Assembly: GCA_050084985.1 (NCBI GenBank)
Contig: JBITNC010000001.1
Location: 165,540,001-165,604,000 of the forward strand
Reading direction: 5' to 3'
Origin: Nageia nagi
Taxonomy: Eukaryota > Plantae > Pinophyta
DNA: 64,000 bases
Position 1 is the stretch's first letter. Each line of letters starts with the position of its first letter. The notes under the pieces were generated by a model that saw only the letters and a program-made list of their open reading frames with translations, did not search any database and had not been told where the DNA came from. The translations under genes and the position numbers were made by a program. Below, in pieces: positions 35,201 to 49,100 of this stretch.

Positions 35201-38099
35201 AACCAATTTTTCAATTCCGTTTGTCTGTAAACAAGGATACCGATAAGGATGAATGTTTGGTGGGTGACTTCCCGGCACCAACTAGATAGCATGATCATGT
35301 GATCGCTTAGGTGGTAAGCCCCTTAGTTCCTCAAATGTACTTGAATGCTTAAGATGGGCTACAGATCCTTAAGCTCTGTGATTTTTGATTCGAAGATTGA
35401 TAAAAAGTACAACTATGCCAGCATCCCTTTTCCAATTTTTTGTAGGATCTTTTCCATGCGATGTGAGCTCACAATTTGTATAGATCCACCTTGTAATCCC
35501 CTAAGAGTATGCTCTTGTTCATCTATTTTGAAGATCATCCATAGCTCTGCAAAATTCCACTGTACGGTGCCCAAAGTCTTCAGCCATTGTACCTCCAAAA
35601 CTATATCACATCCTCCAAGTGGTAAAGCGTACATGTCGCTTTTCAAAATATAGTGGTCCATGCTCAGTTTAACATTGTCACATGTGCCTTTACATGCTAT
35701 TTTTCTTCCATTACCAACCATAACCTCAATTATTTGTAGGGTGGATGTAACAGTCAGCAACCTTAGCCACTCGTGGATCAATGAAATTATGAGTACTTCC
35801 CGTGTCCAACAATATTATGAGAGGGAGTTTTTTTAAGAACCCTTTGACCTTCATAGTTTGAAGGGTGGTAATTCTTACCAATGCATTGTAAGAGATAACT
35901 GGGGCCTCCTCATCTGGAATTTTCTCTGTAGCCTCTTTAGGTGCACTCTCATATTCCTCCTCACTAGAAGCATCAGCATCAAGCAAATATAACTTTTGTT
36001 GTGTATAATGATGACCACGAACAAATTTCTCATCACAATTATAGCACAAGCCTTTCTTTCGACGCTCTTCCATTTCTTCCCACGTCAACTTCTTAGTTTG
36101 CATTGTGCAATTCAATGGTGGGGCAATTGTGTTATTAGAGAAATGGGTAATATTATGTGTTTTGGTGAATGGAGGTCTTGCATTTTGTCGATGAGCACTG
36201 GCTTTATCTTCAGTGAGCTTTGCCAAGGCAATAGCATCCATCATAGTTTTGGGATTAATCATTTTGACCTCAGGTTTAATTTCTTCCTTTAAGCCACTGA
36301 TAAAACAACTTGTGAAAAATGCATCGTCCAACCCCTCTATGTGATTTGCCAATTTCTCAAACTGATTTTGGTATTCCTTGACTGTTGTAGTTTGACGTAA
36401 CTAGGTCAATGCCCTTGTGAAGTTTTCATAGTCACTAGGACCAAAACGGATCAATAATTGTTGAGTGAATTCATCCCACGAAGGAGCAGGATGCGTTTTG
36501 GAGTACCACTGGTGCCACTGGAGAGCCTTACGGTCCAAATGAAAAGATGCCATGCGCACTTTCAAATCCTTTGGGATTTGGTTCAATGTGAAATATTGTC
36601 CAACTTTGTAAATCCAACCATTGGGATTATCTCCATCAAATCGAGGAAAATCCAATTTGGTTTTGTGGGGAAGAATGAACCCACTTTGTTGGCTCTGAAA
36701 GTTATGATGATACCCTTGTGGATTTCCTGACTGCCCTGATTGCTGTGAACTGGATGCATTATTGGTATAATTGAGACTTAGTTGAACAATGTCACATTTA
36801 CTATCAAGGGTTTGTATGTGTATGTACTTGTCGAATTTCTGCTCTGATTGTACTGGTAAGTGTATCTGCCATTTGTTGGATCATAGTTTGAAATGTCATC
36901 ATGGTAGGATCAGCTTGTGCTGCTGTTTGGGATCTTGTTTCAAGTGCCATTTCTGAAAACTGCTATTTTTAGAAACTATTATTTCTAGAAGTGCCCGAAA
37001 AAGTGTATGGGTGTAATATATCAAAACAATTAGCTCAAAAAGACGATCACAATGGACTAGGTCTCCCGATGATGATTTTCGGACCCCCAGACTCTACTGT
37101 GGATTTGTCTGCTCTTGTTAAAAACTACTGAAACGGAACAGATTTTTAGTTATTTTGCTCTGAAGTTTTTGCTGCCTCTGAACTGCTATTTTTGGTGGCT
37201 CTGAAAAACTGCATGTAAATTCTGCTTCCCAAATCAAGGTTTTTTGTGTGAAGGAACGAATCTAGGGTAAGGATTATTTGCTCTGTAGGCTTGTCTAAAC
37301 AACCCTCCTATCCAACTTTCGCAAGGAAAAAGGTTGCAGAGATGACTTCTGTGACAAGTAACTTTCCAGCAGCACTTGCTGGTTGACTACAGTTTACAAA
37401 CAGTCGACACAACTTCCTACCTAGTTTTCGTTTATAACCTAGATAGTCTCCGATATACCTTTCAGTACGTGGAGTCCAATTCCGTGTAGGGTTCTGTCTG
37501 AGGCCTAGGTATTGGTGCAGAGTGTTTTGCACCTCACTTCACACACAACTTTATGGGCAAATATGCTTAGCCAAAAACGACAGACCCTCCTGGATATTTT
37601 AAAACCCCCGATACAGGGTTTCTAGCCTAGCCCTCTAATTTTTTTTTCCTGCAATAGAATGGCCCAGGAAAGAGCTCTGATACCAGATGTTACAATGCTA
37701 CAATTATGAAAAAAGGGAAATATTGCAGAAATGAAATGAATATTGATTTGAAACAGGAAAATGACAACTATCTATTGGAAATAACAAAGCATGCACTGGT
37801 AAATAGAATACGAAATAGCATCAAATAGTAGATAAGGATAGGATTTTACTGAATAGTAACAGAATCACATGCCTCTTCGAGGGGGCTACCTCCTTACAAC
37901 TCCAAAGGCGAAAAATAATGTTCAAGATACCTTTCTCCACACACTTCCATTTATTTATATTAAACTAACCCTAACCCTAAAAGAAATGCAAAATCGGGCC
38001 CCGCCCTTACGATCACAATATTATGGTTTACAATATAGGCCAACAATTTAATAAAATACTAATACTAACACTAAAATGTTAGGATGTGGGATCCTAACA
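32209..38099 (-). mobile_element. Full-length Ty3/Gypsy chromovirus (Reina-like), decayed
   Basis: LTRs 32209-32619 and 37688-38099 (411/412 bp, about 17 substitutions plus 1 indel by eye). TSD GATAA (32204-32208 / 38100-38104). iMet PBS 37674-37685, PPT ~32620-32635. Order gag-PR-RT-RH-IN-chromodomain, 5.9 kb. Confidence 0.95.
32650..36950 (-). pseudogene. pol: gag-pol polyprotein with C-terminal chromodomain (stops and frameshifts)
   Basis: gag DFPRFDGDNPNGW and CYNCDEKFVRGH; PR LLDTGSTHNFI; [30 protein letters not shown]; RH ESDAC..GAVLMQ..TDHHNL; IN HSTPTSGH..CDVCQ..SSAYHP; GPY motif; chromodomain VLVQWQGMALEDATWE. Confidence 0.95.
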
Positions 38100-39007
38100 G
38101 ATAATTAGATCCTTACTGATCCATGTGTGGTTCACTTCACTGTTGAAACATAGGCCTTATGGCTTCGGTTCATTATGGATGAAGGATATTTAATGGAATT
38201 CTCTTCTATATGCACCACTAGAAAAAGGAAGACTAAAAGTGGTGTATTGTGTTCTTCAAATATTCCTCTCTTGTTACTGTCTGAACTTGCATGAGTGATG
38301 ACTTTATGTTGTGAAAGCCTGAGGTCTGATGATATAACCAGATTGTGTCTGCTTGATTTCATACAGGGATTTTCAAAAAAATAAAGCAATGGGTCTTTCT
38401 CTGTGTGGAGACTCTAGGGGTACAATGGTACATTGACATGTTTGTCAATTTAAAAGGATGATAGGGTATGTAGTGATTAATCTGCAAGAGGAGACAATAA
38501 TCAGACTTTAATTCCTACCATTGCTTATTTAGCCTGGGCTTCAGTGTGCTTGTTGACAGGTTGCTTGCAAGATTCATTGACTTGTGAATGCATGTGCGGG
38601 ATAATTTTGTTTAAAAGATGGCCTTGAGTGATACTTCGTGATTTCCTCTATCTATTGATGGCATATTCTAATGGTATTGAGTGGAAGGTCAAGCCAGCAG
38701 CATATGTTCAGGATATTGAGTGGAAGAACAAGCCATTGATAACTTGATCAGTAGTGTGCTAAGCAGTGAATCAGTATCACATTTCCTCTCTTGGTGTGTT
38801 CTGCTGAATGTGCTGCATTATTTGAAACAATTTAGTTGATCTTGAAAGGTCAAAACATCAACAAATGCAATCCAAACTATGGTGCATGACTCAGCCAAAT
38901 GTAGTAGAAGAAAAAAGAAAAACTCAAAATACAGTTCAAACATATTTATCTATCAACTACCTATTCTAAGTAAAAAAAGTGAATCAGACCAAAATGCAAT
39001 TCAACAT

Positions 39008-40271
39008 TGTAACATCCCCTTTTGTAAAAGATAATTAATTGTGGAATCCTAAGGATTCCCTTTTGTAAATAAATAATTATTTGAGGATAGAGTTTGCCAC
39101 AGGTCTTGGAGAGTTGATTTGATTTGTTCATTCGATAGGGCATCTCATGGGAAACGTTTTGACAGGTTACATGAAATGGTTTCATCAAGAAACGAAAGAG
39201 CTATGGCCTCTTGAAGTTCGCTAGTTGGACCAATCTTCCATATCGCGGCTGCTCATGGAAATCCATAAACATCTCCATATTGACCCCTTGAAATGTGACA
39301 TCCCACTCCTTAGGATATGAATTAATTATGGATTATATTTAGGTGTGAGCTTGGTAATTAAGAATAGATTTAGTATGTTTTATGAGGGCCACTTGTATGA
39401 GTTGTAATACATGATTCCAAGGCAATTAATAATTGTAAATGCAATATTAGCCTCCAATAATGAGGTGTTGCATATCTAGCCATTGGATCTTGTAACTATG
39501 GGCATCCCTAGTCAGAGTTGGCATATGTATGATACCTAGGACACATCTAACCCCACGTTTGGGCATTTGAGAGCCTCTAGGAGGCTAAAATTGTACTTGG
39601 AGGTTGGAGTGATGATTTCTAGGTGAGATTCAGATCCAAGGATTGTTATATAAAGAAGATTAGCATCATGGCATAGATATACCTAATTATTATTATTCCT
39701 CCTACCATCCAGTGGACACAAGTCTTGGCGCAACGTCAAGCAATCTTCCCTAGGTGCAGCATCTAGGAGGGTTAGCAAGCTGAGGGATCTTGCTAATCTA
39801 CGGCTAAGGTGTAGCATCTTAGTCCATATGGTGGTATTCCGAGGTCACACTTCTACCTTCAATGGTTTTCAAGCTTGGGAATTCTGCAACAGAGCATCCA
39901 GGCTTGAGGGAATGAGGTTGTCCCACCCATTGTTCCGTGGTACCAACAGTGATCACATTTGTATATTCATTGTGCCCTAGTTGGCTCCTTGGAGGCCAAC
40001 GTTGAGCCCTTTGGGCCTGGTATTGTATCATTGTCATTCTTCATCATTAATACAGTCGTGGGCATTTTGGATCTCTATATTTGTCTTGTATGTGATGTGT
40101 ATGCTTCCATATTTGCAACATTGGGGTGTTTGGGTGCATTCATGCTTGTATGTGTAAGACGTTGGCATTGAGGATCTGTTTATGCTTGAATTTGGGGCCC
40201 TAGGACAGACGTGGGTGCATATTTGCTTGAATTTGATTATTTGCACTTGAGATTGTGTTTGAGATCTTACA
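39008..40271 (+). mobile_element. Solo LTR (1264 bp)
   Basis: TGTAA...TTACA termini with perfect 5-bp TSD AACAT (39003-39007 / 40272-40276). Internal blocks resemble the LTRs at 2454 and 17809/22009. Confidence 0.85.
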
Positions 40272-41291
40272 AACATAAACCACCCAAATAAAATGTATGA
40301 AGGAACCACAACCAAGCAGCCTAAGAGAATCACAACTAGGTACAAACTGAAGTCCACACATGATCTTCAATGTGATCTTAAAAATAAGCATAAGGAACTG
40401 ACATATTAACAATATTAACTCTAGAAGGTATTACAAACCTTAAGGACAACATTGAATCTGTTTAATGTGGATACAAGAGCACTTATGAGATGGTCTAAGT
40501 CTTGTCCAAGCGAAGTCAGGTAGTATATAAGGATTCAATTGAAGTGTACTGGTTGACACATTTAAAAGACAAATCAGAAAATTCATTTCAAGCTTTAGTT
40601 GATCTTCATGATGGTCTAGCAGTTTTAAAAAAAAAAAAAAATACACAATTAAAATATTGTGCTCACCTCCATTTGATGTCTCCATTTCATTACATGTATG
40701 TTATTTACTACAAGACTTATATATTATATGAGGTATAAAACTTCTAGTAAGTACTGGATATACAAAGGAATGTAATAAACTGTAAGGAGATGGAGATACG
40801 AGTCTTATATGTACACTATTTCTCTCAAGCCAAGAGATAGAAGATGATGCAAGTACTATTAAGTAGTATAATGAACTTTAATATGTTGTTCATTTTTTAA
40901 CAGTTAATACCAGGTTCTGCATTTACAAGTGTGTTACACACTTTTATGATATTCAATTGTCTTCCAACTTGCGACAACACAAATGTACAAAAATGCAATT
41001 GCTGACTCCTATAGCTATTACTGAATAACACATACTGCAAAAACAGTTACAAATTGTAAAGTAACAATAAACTGTTACTGGTTATCTTATTGTTCTTCAA
41101 AATAAAACTCATAAACAAAAAAGAAATTATTTGAATCTGAACAAGAAGAGTTCCATTTCAAGATTTTGCATAATACGGACCCGAGGAAATTTCACTGAAC
41201 ACAACAAAGCTTGCCATAGACACCAAAACGTTAAAAACTTCTGTCTGTCATTCAGCAGCTACCTTTTTGTAGCCTGGACCAAAAAAGAAAG

Positions 41292-41466
41292 TCCAAGAAT
41301 TATAAGTTTACAATGGTGGATTATTTGAAAATCCAAGAATTATAAGTTTACAATGGTTGATTATTTGAAAATCAATGAATTATAAGTTTACAATGGTTGA
41401 TTATTTGAAAATCAAAGAATTATAAGTTTACAATGGTTGATTATTTGAAAATCAAAGAATTATAAG
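41292..41466. repeat. 40-bp minisatellite, ~4.4 copies
   Basis: Unit (TCC/TCA)AAGAATTATAAGTTTACAATGGTTGATTATTTGAAAA. Confidence 0.95.
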
Positions 41467-42120
41467 ATTCATCAAAACAAAACTTGTGAGCATTGCAATT
41501 TGTGAGGCACAAAATTATGATTTATCATATCAACTAGCAATAATTTATAGTACTGATTCTACTATTAATGTTAATTCCAGTCCTAATAATGGGTATCTCT
41601 AGTATAGCCTGCAAGGAAACAAGCTTTCATTGATCTATAACATTGATCACCGAGGGCTTGCAGATTCAATATTTCAGTTGCAAGGACAGAGTTCATATTT
41701 CAACGATTTTTGTTTTCAGTGCTTCAACCTTCATGATAATAATAATCTTACCTCTCTAGAGATGTTACTATATTCCAATGGAGATATAAGCCTAACAAAT
41801 ATTAAAAACTGCAATGATGTTAACTCCAATGGCTTGTTTCAATTGTGTGTATCTGCAATATGGCAATAACTTCAGCTAGATTTATAAGCTTTTAATTCAA
41901 CTTGGAAGCCATCCATGTGTGTTGCATGGAATATTGCCAGAATGAAAGCAATTGCAAGTATTTTTCACGGCGAGTTTAAGGAATATATCATCGTGTCCAG
42001 TAATGGGTCATTGGAAATGTTGAAGGGAATTGCAGGAGTTGATGACTGGGGGAAGGTTACCCATCACTTTATATCATACCCATAGTGAAAGATTTAGGAA
42101 ACCTTTTGATATCCATAAGC

Positions 42121-42210
42121 GTGAACCTATCAGTCCGACTGTAAGTTTAATTTATAAGGACAATGTGAACATATCAGTCCAACTGTAAGTTTAATTTATT
42201 AGGATAATGT
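42121..42210. repeat. ~44-bp tandem duplication
   Basis: GTGAAC.TATCAGTCC.ACTGTAAGTTTAATTTAT.AGGA.AATGT x2. Confidence 0.85.
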
Positions 42211-43679
42211 CAGCATCTCAGGATTATGGTCTTCCATAATGTTATCATTTTTTTCTTTGTTATCATCTATGCTGAAACTGATGAAAGCTTTATTAGGTAT
42301 CGGAGTGAATGCAACCATGATTGCTTAGCCTGATCAATATCTTGTCGAATTTATTTGACTTCCTTTGGATAAAGTAACTTCAAGAAGGAGGATGTCTCGA
42401 ACAATTTTAGTATGATATTTTTTCAATATTACTGTTTCAGGTAAGATATTATCGTGATGTAGCCTTTTTAAATAATATATTCTTGTGAAACCATCATGCA
42501 TCCTTTTTGGCCATGTGCAAGAAGTGAGGACTCCTTTTCAACAAAAGTGGATTTGTGTATTCACAACATTTCAACACCAAAAAACAGATAACATGATATT
42601 GGCTTAAGGAAATCCTCGTTATATACAAGAGCCTTTGTTAAACTTTACAAAAAAAAGGGATCCACAAAACCCGAAAATTGATAACACTAAAATAAAACAA
42701 TATACATACATAAATACATATGTATGATTTTTTTTTTCATTTGGCTATATCTAATTGTTACCAAATTGAAGACATGAAGCATCAGAATCATTGCTTTTTG
42801 ACTCTTGATTTTCTTTATGAAGTACTCGGAATATGTGATGACCCAGCATCCATTTGCATATTTGTTTGCCATGTCTCTAATGTTATTGAAATTGGATTTC
42901 AATGGATGCTCATGAAATAATGTAGTTAATGAGTAACATAGGAGATCACACATTTCAGGTACTTCAAGATTGCTAGACAGCAAGGATGGATGCAATGAAA
43001 AGGTAGTCAAGAAGAAGAAGTAGAAAAAGGATAGAACTACTTGCAGAGTTGCAGAGAGTTTAACAGTTTTTTAGTACTTTAGAGTAATCAATAATCTTTT
43101 AAACCTATTTGCATCTGATGAATACTCGGAAAAAAAAAAAGCTTCAAAGAAATGAATTAAACAGATCTGGTAGACTGATTTTCATATTTAGGACACTATG
43201 AAAACATTCTTCTTACATATTTGAAAATAAAAAGCAATCAATAATATATTCCACAACAGAAAAAGAAGCTTCACTGTATACAGCTGATTCTTACAAACTT
43301 TGACCTAAACCTTAAAATAAAAGAAAATGGTACATTCTCAAACAGAAAATAAAACCTGACTAAGTACAATACAATTAATTTTTAAAAATATAAGAATAAT
43401 TGATGTAAATACATTCTTAAGAATCTAAAACTTTGCACCAGAATAAATTACAATTACAATAAATCTATAATAAAAATCAGTTATAACATTAATTAACTCT
43501 AAATCTACACAATAATCGGTGCTATTCTAGTCCATACAAACAAATCATATGCAGAGAAAAGACCAAATACAAATCAAAATTAGCATGAGAAAACTAAAAA
43601 AAAAATACTAAAAGTAAAATTAAAATTGAACTTTCAAATATTCTTTGATTCTTATATAGCAAAGATCAAAATATCTCAC

Positions 43680-44480
43680 CTTGAGTTAGATGTTTTTTCT
43701 CCTCTTCCTTCCTCTTTAAGATACTTCTTAACTATCAAATATAAAAAGGGAAAACATAAAGATAACAAAAAGGAAAACAAATAACAGAAAGGAAAGAAGG
43801 AAATCATAAACAAAGTTAAAATAATAATAATGCATACTCCAAAGAAAACAAACTTAATTACAATTAAAAAAACATATTTAACATACATAAACTTTCAATT
43901 AAAATTAATAATAAAAATATTTATTAAAAAAAATCATAATCATGTATACCCATAAGATTCAATCGCATACAGAGCAAAGCCAAGTACGAATAAACGTTAA
44001 AATGTTTAAATTAAACCTCAGCTTCGTTAAATTCTTAACTAAAATTAAACGTAAACTCCTGATACTATTAAAGAGTACGAACATACCCTGAATTAGATGC
44101 CATTCTTCTCCTTCTTCCTTCCCTTGCAATGCCCTTTGGCCTCCCTCCGTCTATATGTAATCAAAATTAATAAAAAAGAGTGAAGATAACAGAAAAAGCA
44201 AATTAAAATGAAATCCATGGCCATGGCATATCACACAAAATAAACAGAATGCAACGTAGAAAAACAAATAAAAGTAAGCGAAAAAAAAATCGACTGAAAT
44301 GAAAGACAACGGATATAACACAAAGGGCTGTGCAGAAGGGCTGTATATTACCTCTTTTTTTAACGGCTATTTCAATCCCTGCTCGCTGGCTGCAACAGTT
44401 CAATCTCAAAATATCCATTGTGATCCTATCCAAGAAGTTATTTACCTAATGAACTAGATGTAGAAAGTCATATATAGAGG
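43680..44480 (-). other. Candidate 5' end of a spliced host transcript: TATA-like box ~44470, exons 44352-~44440, 44087-44150 and 43680-43731
   Basis: Canonical minus-strand splice sites AG|GTAATA, CATATAG|..GG|GTATGT and GATAG|..AG|GTGAGA. Purine-rich exons sit in U-rich introns. Product not recognised. Confidence 0.4.
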
Positions 44481-46182
44481 GACAGCTGAAAATTGTAGAT
44501 CTTAGGAATTGCAGTAACAATAGTTAACAATATAAGGAAATTAATTTGAGATAAATATTGTGTTTTTTTTTTTAAATATTGTTATGTTTTATAAAGATGT
44601 TAGAAATGCTATATTGGTTATAAGAATGTAGAGATAATTTCGATGTAGTTATGTTTGATCTTTTCAAATATAGACTTCAACTTGGTTTGCTTCTTACAAT
44701 TTCATTATTTGAACTTGCTTAATACGAATTTAAGTATAATATTTTTATGTGGTAGAATAAGTAAAAAACTTATAAAAAGTGCAAGTGTGATTGGGGTCAT
44801 ATCCAAGTTTGGCTGACTTTAATAAGATATATACCCTCAATCATGATAACTAAGCCAAAAGTAACCCATGCAAGATACTAATGTATGTTGGTTATAAATG
44901 CAATATGACTACTAAATCAATCACACTAACATTATGCCCTTGTGTGGTATGTGGTTCATAGTTCATAGTGCAGTGGACACTATCATATTAATCATATTAG
45001 CAAAGCTATAGGAGTTAGATGTTATCATATTGCATCTTCTAACTAAGGAGATAATGATGGAGGTGATTCTCCTCCATCCCATAAGAGGGATAACATGGGA
45101 TCTATTAAGAAATGTGTGGTAGGTCACATGACTTATCCCCATTATGTCATGTCCATAAGATAATAGAATAAGGAGGGGGGGGGATAGACAACATGCCCCC
45201 AGTACATTATATCCACAAGGTAAAGCACAAGGGAGAAAATGATATGTAGGATGCACCCTCAAAGGGACAAAAGTAAGAGGAGACTATGCCCTAAGAGAGA
45301 GAGAATTTAATCCCAAGGATTTTGAAGGAGCATGAATGATATCATTATCTCCCTTGATGGTTATGGATGATCTAACATGGATTTGGACTAGTGAGTGGTT
45401 ATTCATTTGATTTTAATATTCTATATATTATTATGATTGATTACTAACATATTTATTTTTTTTAAGTGGGATCAACAAATCAATGGAGGGTACTTATAAA
45501 AGCCCTATGTGATGAGATAAGAGATAATTATTTAGATATTTATGCAAGTGTTGATATTCTAGATGTAGGTTGTAATACCCTAACTTTTGAGTCATTTATA
45601 TTTATATAAGAGAGATATGATGCTAGTATTTATAAGATGATTTCATTTTGTAAGTTTATAAATGAAAGATACCTTAGAGGCTAGATTGGGATGATTGTGG
45701 AAAAAAGGAATGTTATAGTAGGGGTAACTATTCCTCTCTCTCCAACATTATTTGGAAATATTTTTATCATATTTTTTATATACCAACTTGCTAAGGATAG
45801 ATATTATCATGAGACTTTGATATAGAAGAGATATCACAACTTATGTGAGAAAGTAATTCTAATTAGTTAAAGGGCTAATAGTTCTACATAATAGGCTTGG
45901 AACTTTGATAAGATTCATAGGCTAATCACCTACATTTTATGGCAATGATCTAAAAAGGGAATATCATTCTATAATCTAAAGGTTGTTTTTCTATAACCTA
46001 TATACTTGATGGTTGATTGAAACATACACATATAATTAGTTTTCCCCTTACTTTAATACTATAAAGGAAAAGATCCCCTAAAAGCAAATAATAAGGGTTT
46101 TGAAGATGCCAAATGCCTCACCCTCATATTCCGAAAAAATTTCCAACATCTTCGTAGAAAGTATCAATCAAATATATATAAT

Positions 46183-49100
46183 TGTACATGCCTAAAAATA
46201 AATTATTATTTATTAAATAATTCATTTTGTAGCATCAAGGAATATTTATTGTAAAGAGGGTTAAAATATACCTAAGGCAATGTAATCAATGTAATGGACC
46301 ATGGCATAAATGTAAAAGGTGTCAAATATCAAGAAAGACATCAAAAATAATGTAATGTGCAATGATCCCAAGAATCAAAACATTGCTATAAAAGAATATC
46401 AAAGGCAACATAAAACATATGGGTCAATATTAGTAAAGATCCTGAGAGAGATATTAGAACATGCAATATCATTTTACCCAACCAACAAAGGTGTTTTGTA
46501 ACACCACCTATTCGTATAGTTGCTACATCCTTCATCTTTCTCTTGCATATTTCAATTTCTATATGTGGATTTGCATCTTTCAAGCTGTTAACAACATGCT
46601 CTTAGGCTCTTGGTGGAGTTTGTTTCTTATGGTATGATACTATGATTGATGTATGATTCATGTTGTTTCATTTGGATGTGAATCTGATGAACGTACCCCA
46701 TTTATCATAGTCGTTTGATATCATATTTATGATATATGCTTCAATAATACATTGTAGACAAATAGTGCATCGATTTATTATTCATGCATTATTTTTAGTC
46801 TACATTTTGGTGAACCTAACTATTTAGATTAATCTTGCCCTATCGATAAGATCTTGTAAGATTTATATGAAGGATTAATGTTGTTTATGATGTGGATAGA
46901 CTATTTTTACTCTATTAGCGATATGAAAAATGGAACAAATTATAATAAAATTGGCCAAATCAATGGAATATCTAGCCAAGCAAGTGGCTTTATTACAGAG
47001 TTTAGGCAGTAATTCATAGTCAGCTATAGATCCAGCAATACCTGCAAGGTTAACCAATCTTGAGACTTATAAGAGATCTCAACAAAAAGAAGAAGATTAT
47101 GATGGTGTCTTCACCACACCCTTTTTGGATGATATTCACAATTATCCCCCAGCAATCAATCATATCTTGTTAGCTTTTCAAGAGGGGTGCTTGTTGAGAT
47201 TGGGATCAAAGGATAAGTTGATAGTAAAGTTTTTCCCAAGGAGTTTAAAAGATAATGCCATCCAATGGTTCTGTAATTTGTTAAGAGGATCCATAAATTC
47301 ATTCAAGTCATTGCTACAAGCATTCATGAGTCAATACAAACATAATATCAAAGAGCAAGGAATAGTTACATAATTGTGTGCAATGTGCCAAGGAAGCAAT
47401 GAAACCCTAGAGAAGTATATTCTAAGATTCAAAAAGGTATGGCAATCTATTCGTAGCAAATTGGATGAGAGTGAAATTTGTGGTATATTTAGAGATTCTA
47501 TTTTTCCAATCATTAATTTGCATGCTCCAATTGATAATGGTATTGTATTTGGGATATTAGTAAAAGAATTATTGTAAAAAGAGAAAGTTTTACTTGATTT
47601 AGGAGATCTCAAGTATTCATATATTCCTTACAAATAAAAAAAATTGTAGGAAATACACAAAGGAGGAAAAAATAGTAAATATGGCTGATACACCTGCATC
47701 TCCTCCTACATTGATAAGATCAACTACAATAAGAGAAAGAAGGTATACGTTTCAAGTTCATCCAAGGTTTATTATGAGAGATCTGATAAAGAGGGGTTTA
47801 TTGCAGCCATTAGAAAAAACATCACAAGATGATAGTGTCTCAATGGGAAATTATGATGCTTATTGCACTTATCATCAAAGAAAAGATCATTATACAAATT
47901 TTTGTAAAGCATTAGAAGATGCAATTTTGGATCTTATTGCACAATGAAGATACAAAATTAATCAAAAAGATTCATATCTAGAGATAACAGTGAACATAGT
48001 TTCAATGGATAAAGAAGTATGTGTAGGACTAAGAAGAAACATTCCAAATCTGGTTACTATTGAACTAGTAAGTATCCCACCTGATCCTAAAACTTATAGC
48101 ATGATTGATCAAATTGAAAACTACTCTTGCTAAGATTAGTTTATATGATCTCATGTCCATATCTAGAACACATAAAGAGATATTCTATGCTTTCTTAAAA
48201 AAAGAAACAATTCCTACCAATATGTCTATTGCCATGTTCTAAAAAAAAATTAGATCTATCAAGGAATACGATGGAATTTCATTTTATAGATTTGAAAAGC
48301 TAAGTAAAGAAATTATTATTGAATGTTTAGCTTTGTATATTACACCTATGATAGAAGGATGGGAAATAAAAAGAATATTGGTAAATAATAGATCAATTGT
48401 TAATGTATGTTCACATAAGTTTTTAATATAACTTCAACAGAAAGGTGTAGAAATAGCTCCCCTAGAAGAAGCACTTTCTAAATTAGAGCATATGATAGTT
48501 CATCCAAAAAGTCAATTAGAATAACTACAATTTTGGTTACAATTGGAGTCAGGATAGTTGAAACTTATTTTCAGGTTATGGATTCAAATTTTTCATATAA
48601 CCTATTGTTAGGAAGACCTTGGCTTTATGATATGGATGCAATACCATATATAGTACATGGCAAGTTGAAAGTTAAATATCAAGGTTAAGTACATATGGTA
48701 ATAGGAGATCCAAAACCATATACCTTATGCAATGCAACAAACATGGAGGAATTCATAATGACTTGTCCTAGATATGAAATTGTACCTTTGTAAGTAGATG
48801 CAACAGTGGTGAAATCAGAAAAATAGCCTCAAATTGTAGAAACAAGAATGGGAATATATAGAATTGAGAACTTTGATCTATTAGTGTTCATAAAAGATTT
48901 GGGACAATAAAAAATACTCAATGGTGTACCATATTACCTAAATGCTATCAACGACATGAAAATAATGAAGATGATGAGGGTTCGTACTTTGTAGCAATGG
49001 TATCACCAAGTCTAGTGGGCTCAACAAAGGATAAAATGATAAACACAATGAGTAAAACCTTTCCATATCCTTTTGTTCATAAATAAATGACAAAAAATTT

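Noticed and set aside
39294-40271. Alternative solo-LTR start at TGTGACATCCC (39294)
   Set aside because: No TSD with this boundary, whereas 39008 gives a perfect AACAT TSD and TGTAA/TTACA ends.
41292-41466. CRISPR-like regular repeats
   Set aside because: Head-to-tail 40-bp units with no unique spacers, no cas genes, and a eukaryotic context.
41520-42560. Possible kinase, NLR or caulimovirus remnant (e.g. LKRLHHDNIL on the minus strand)
   Set aside because: No further family motifs in any frame I translated, and many stops.
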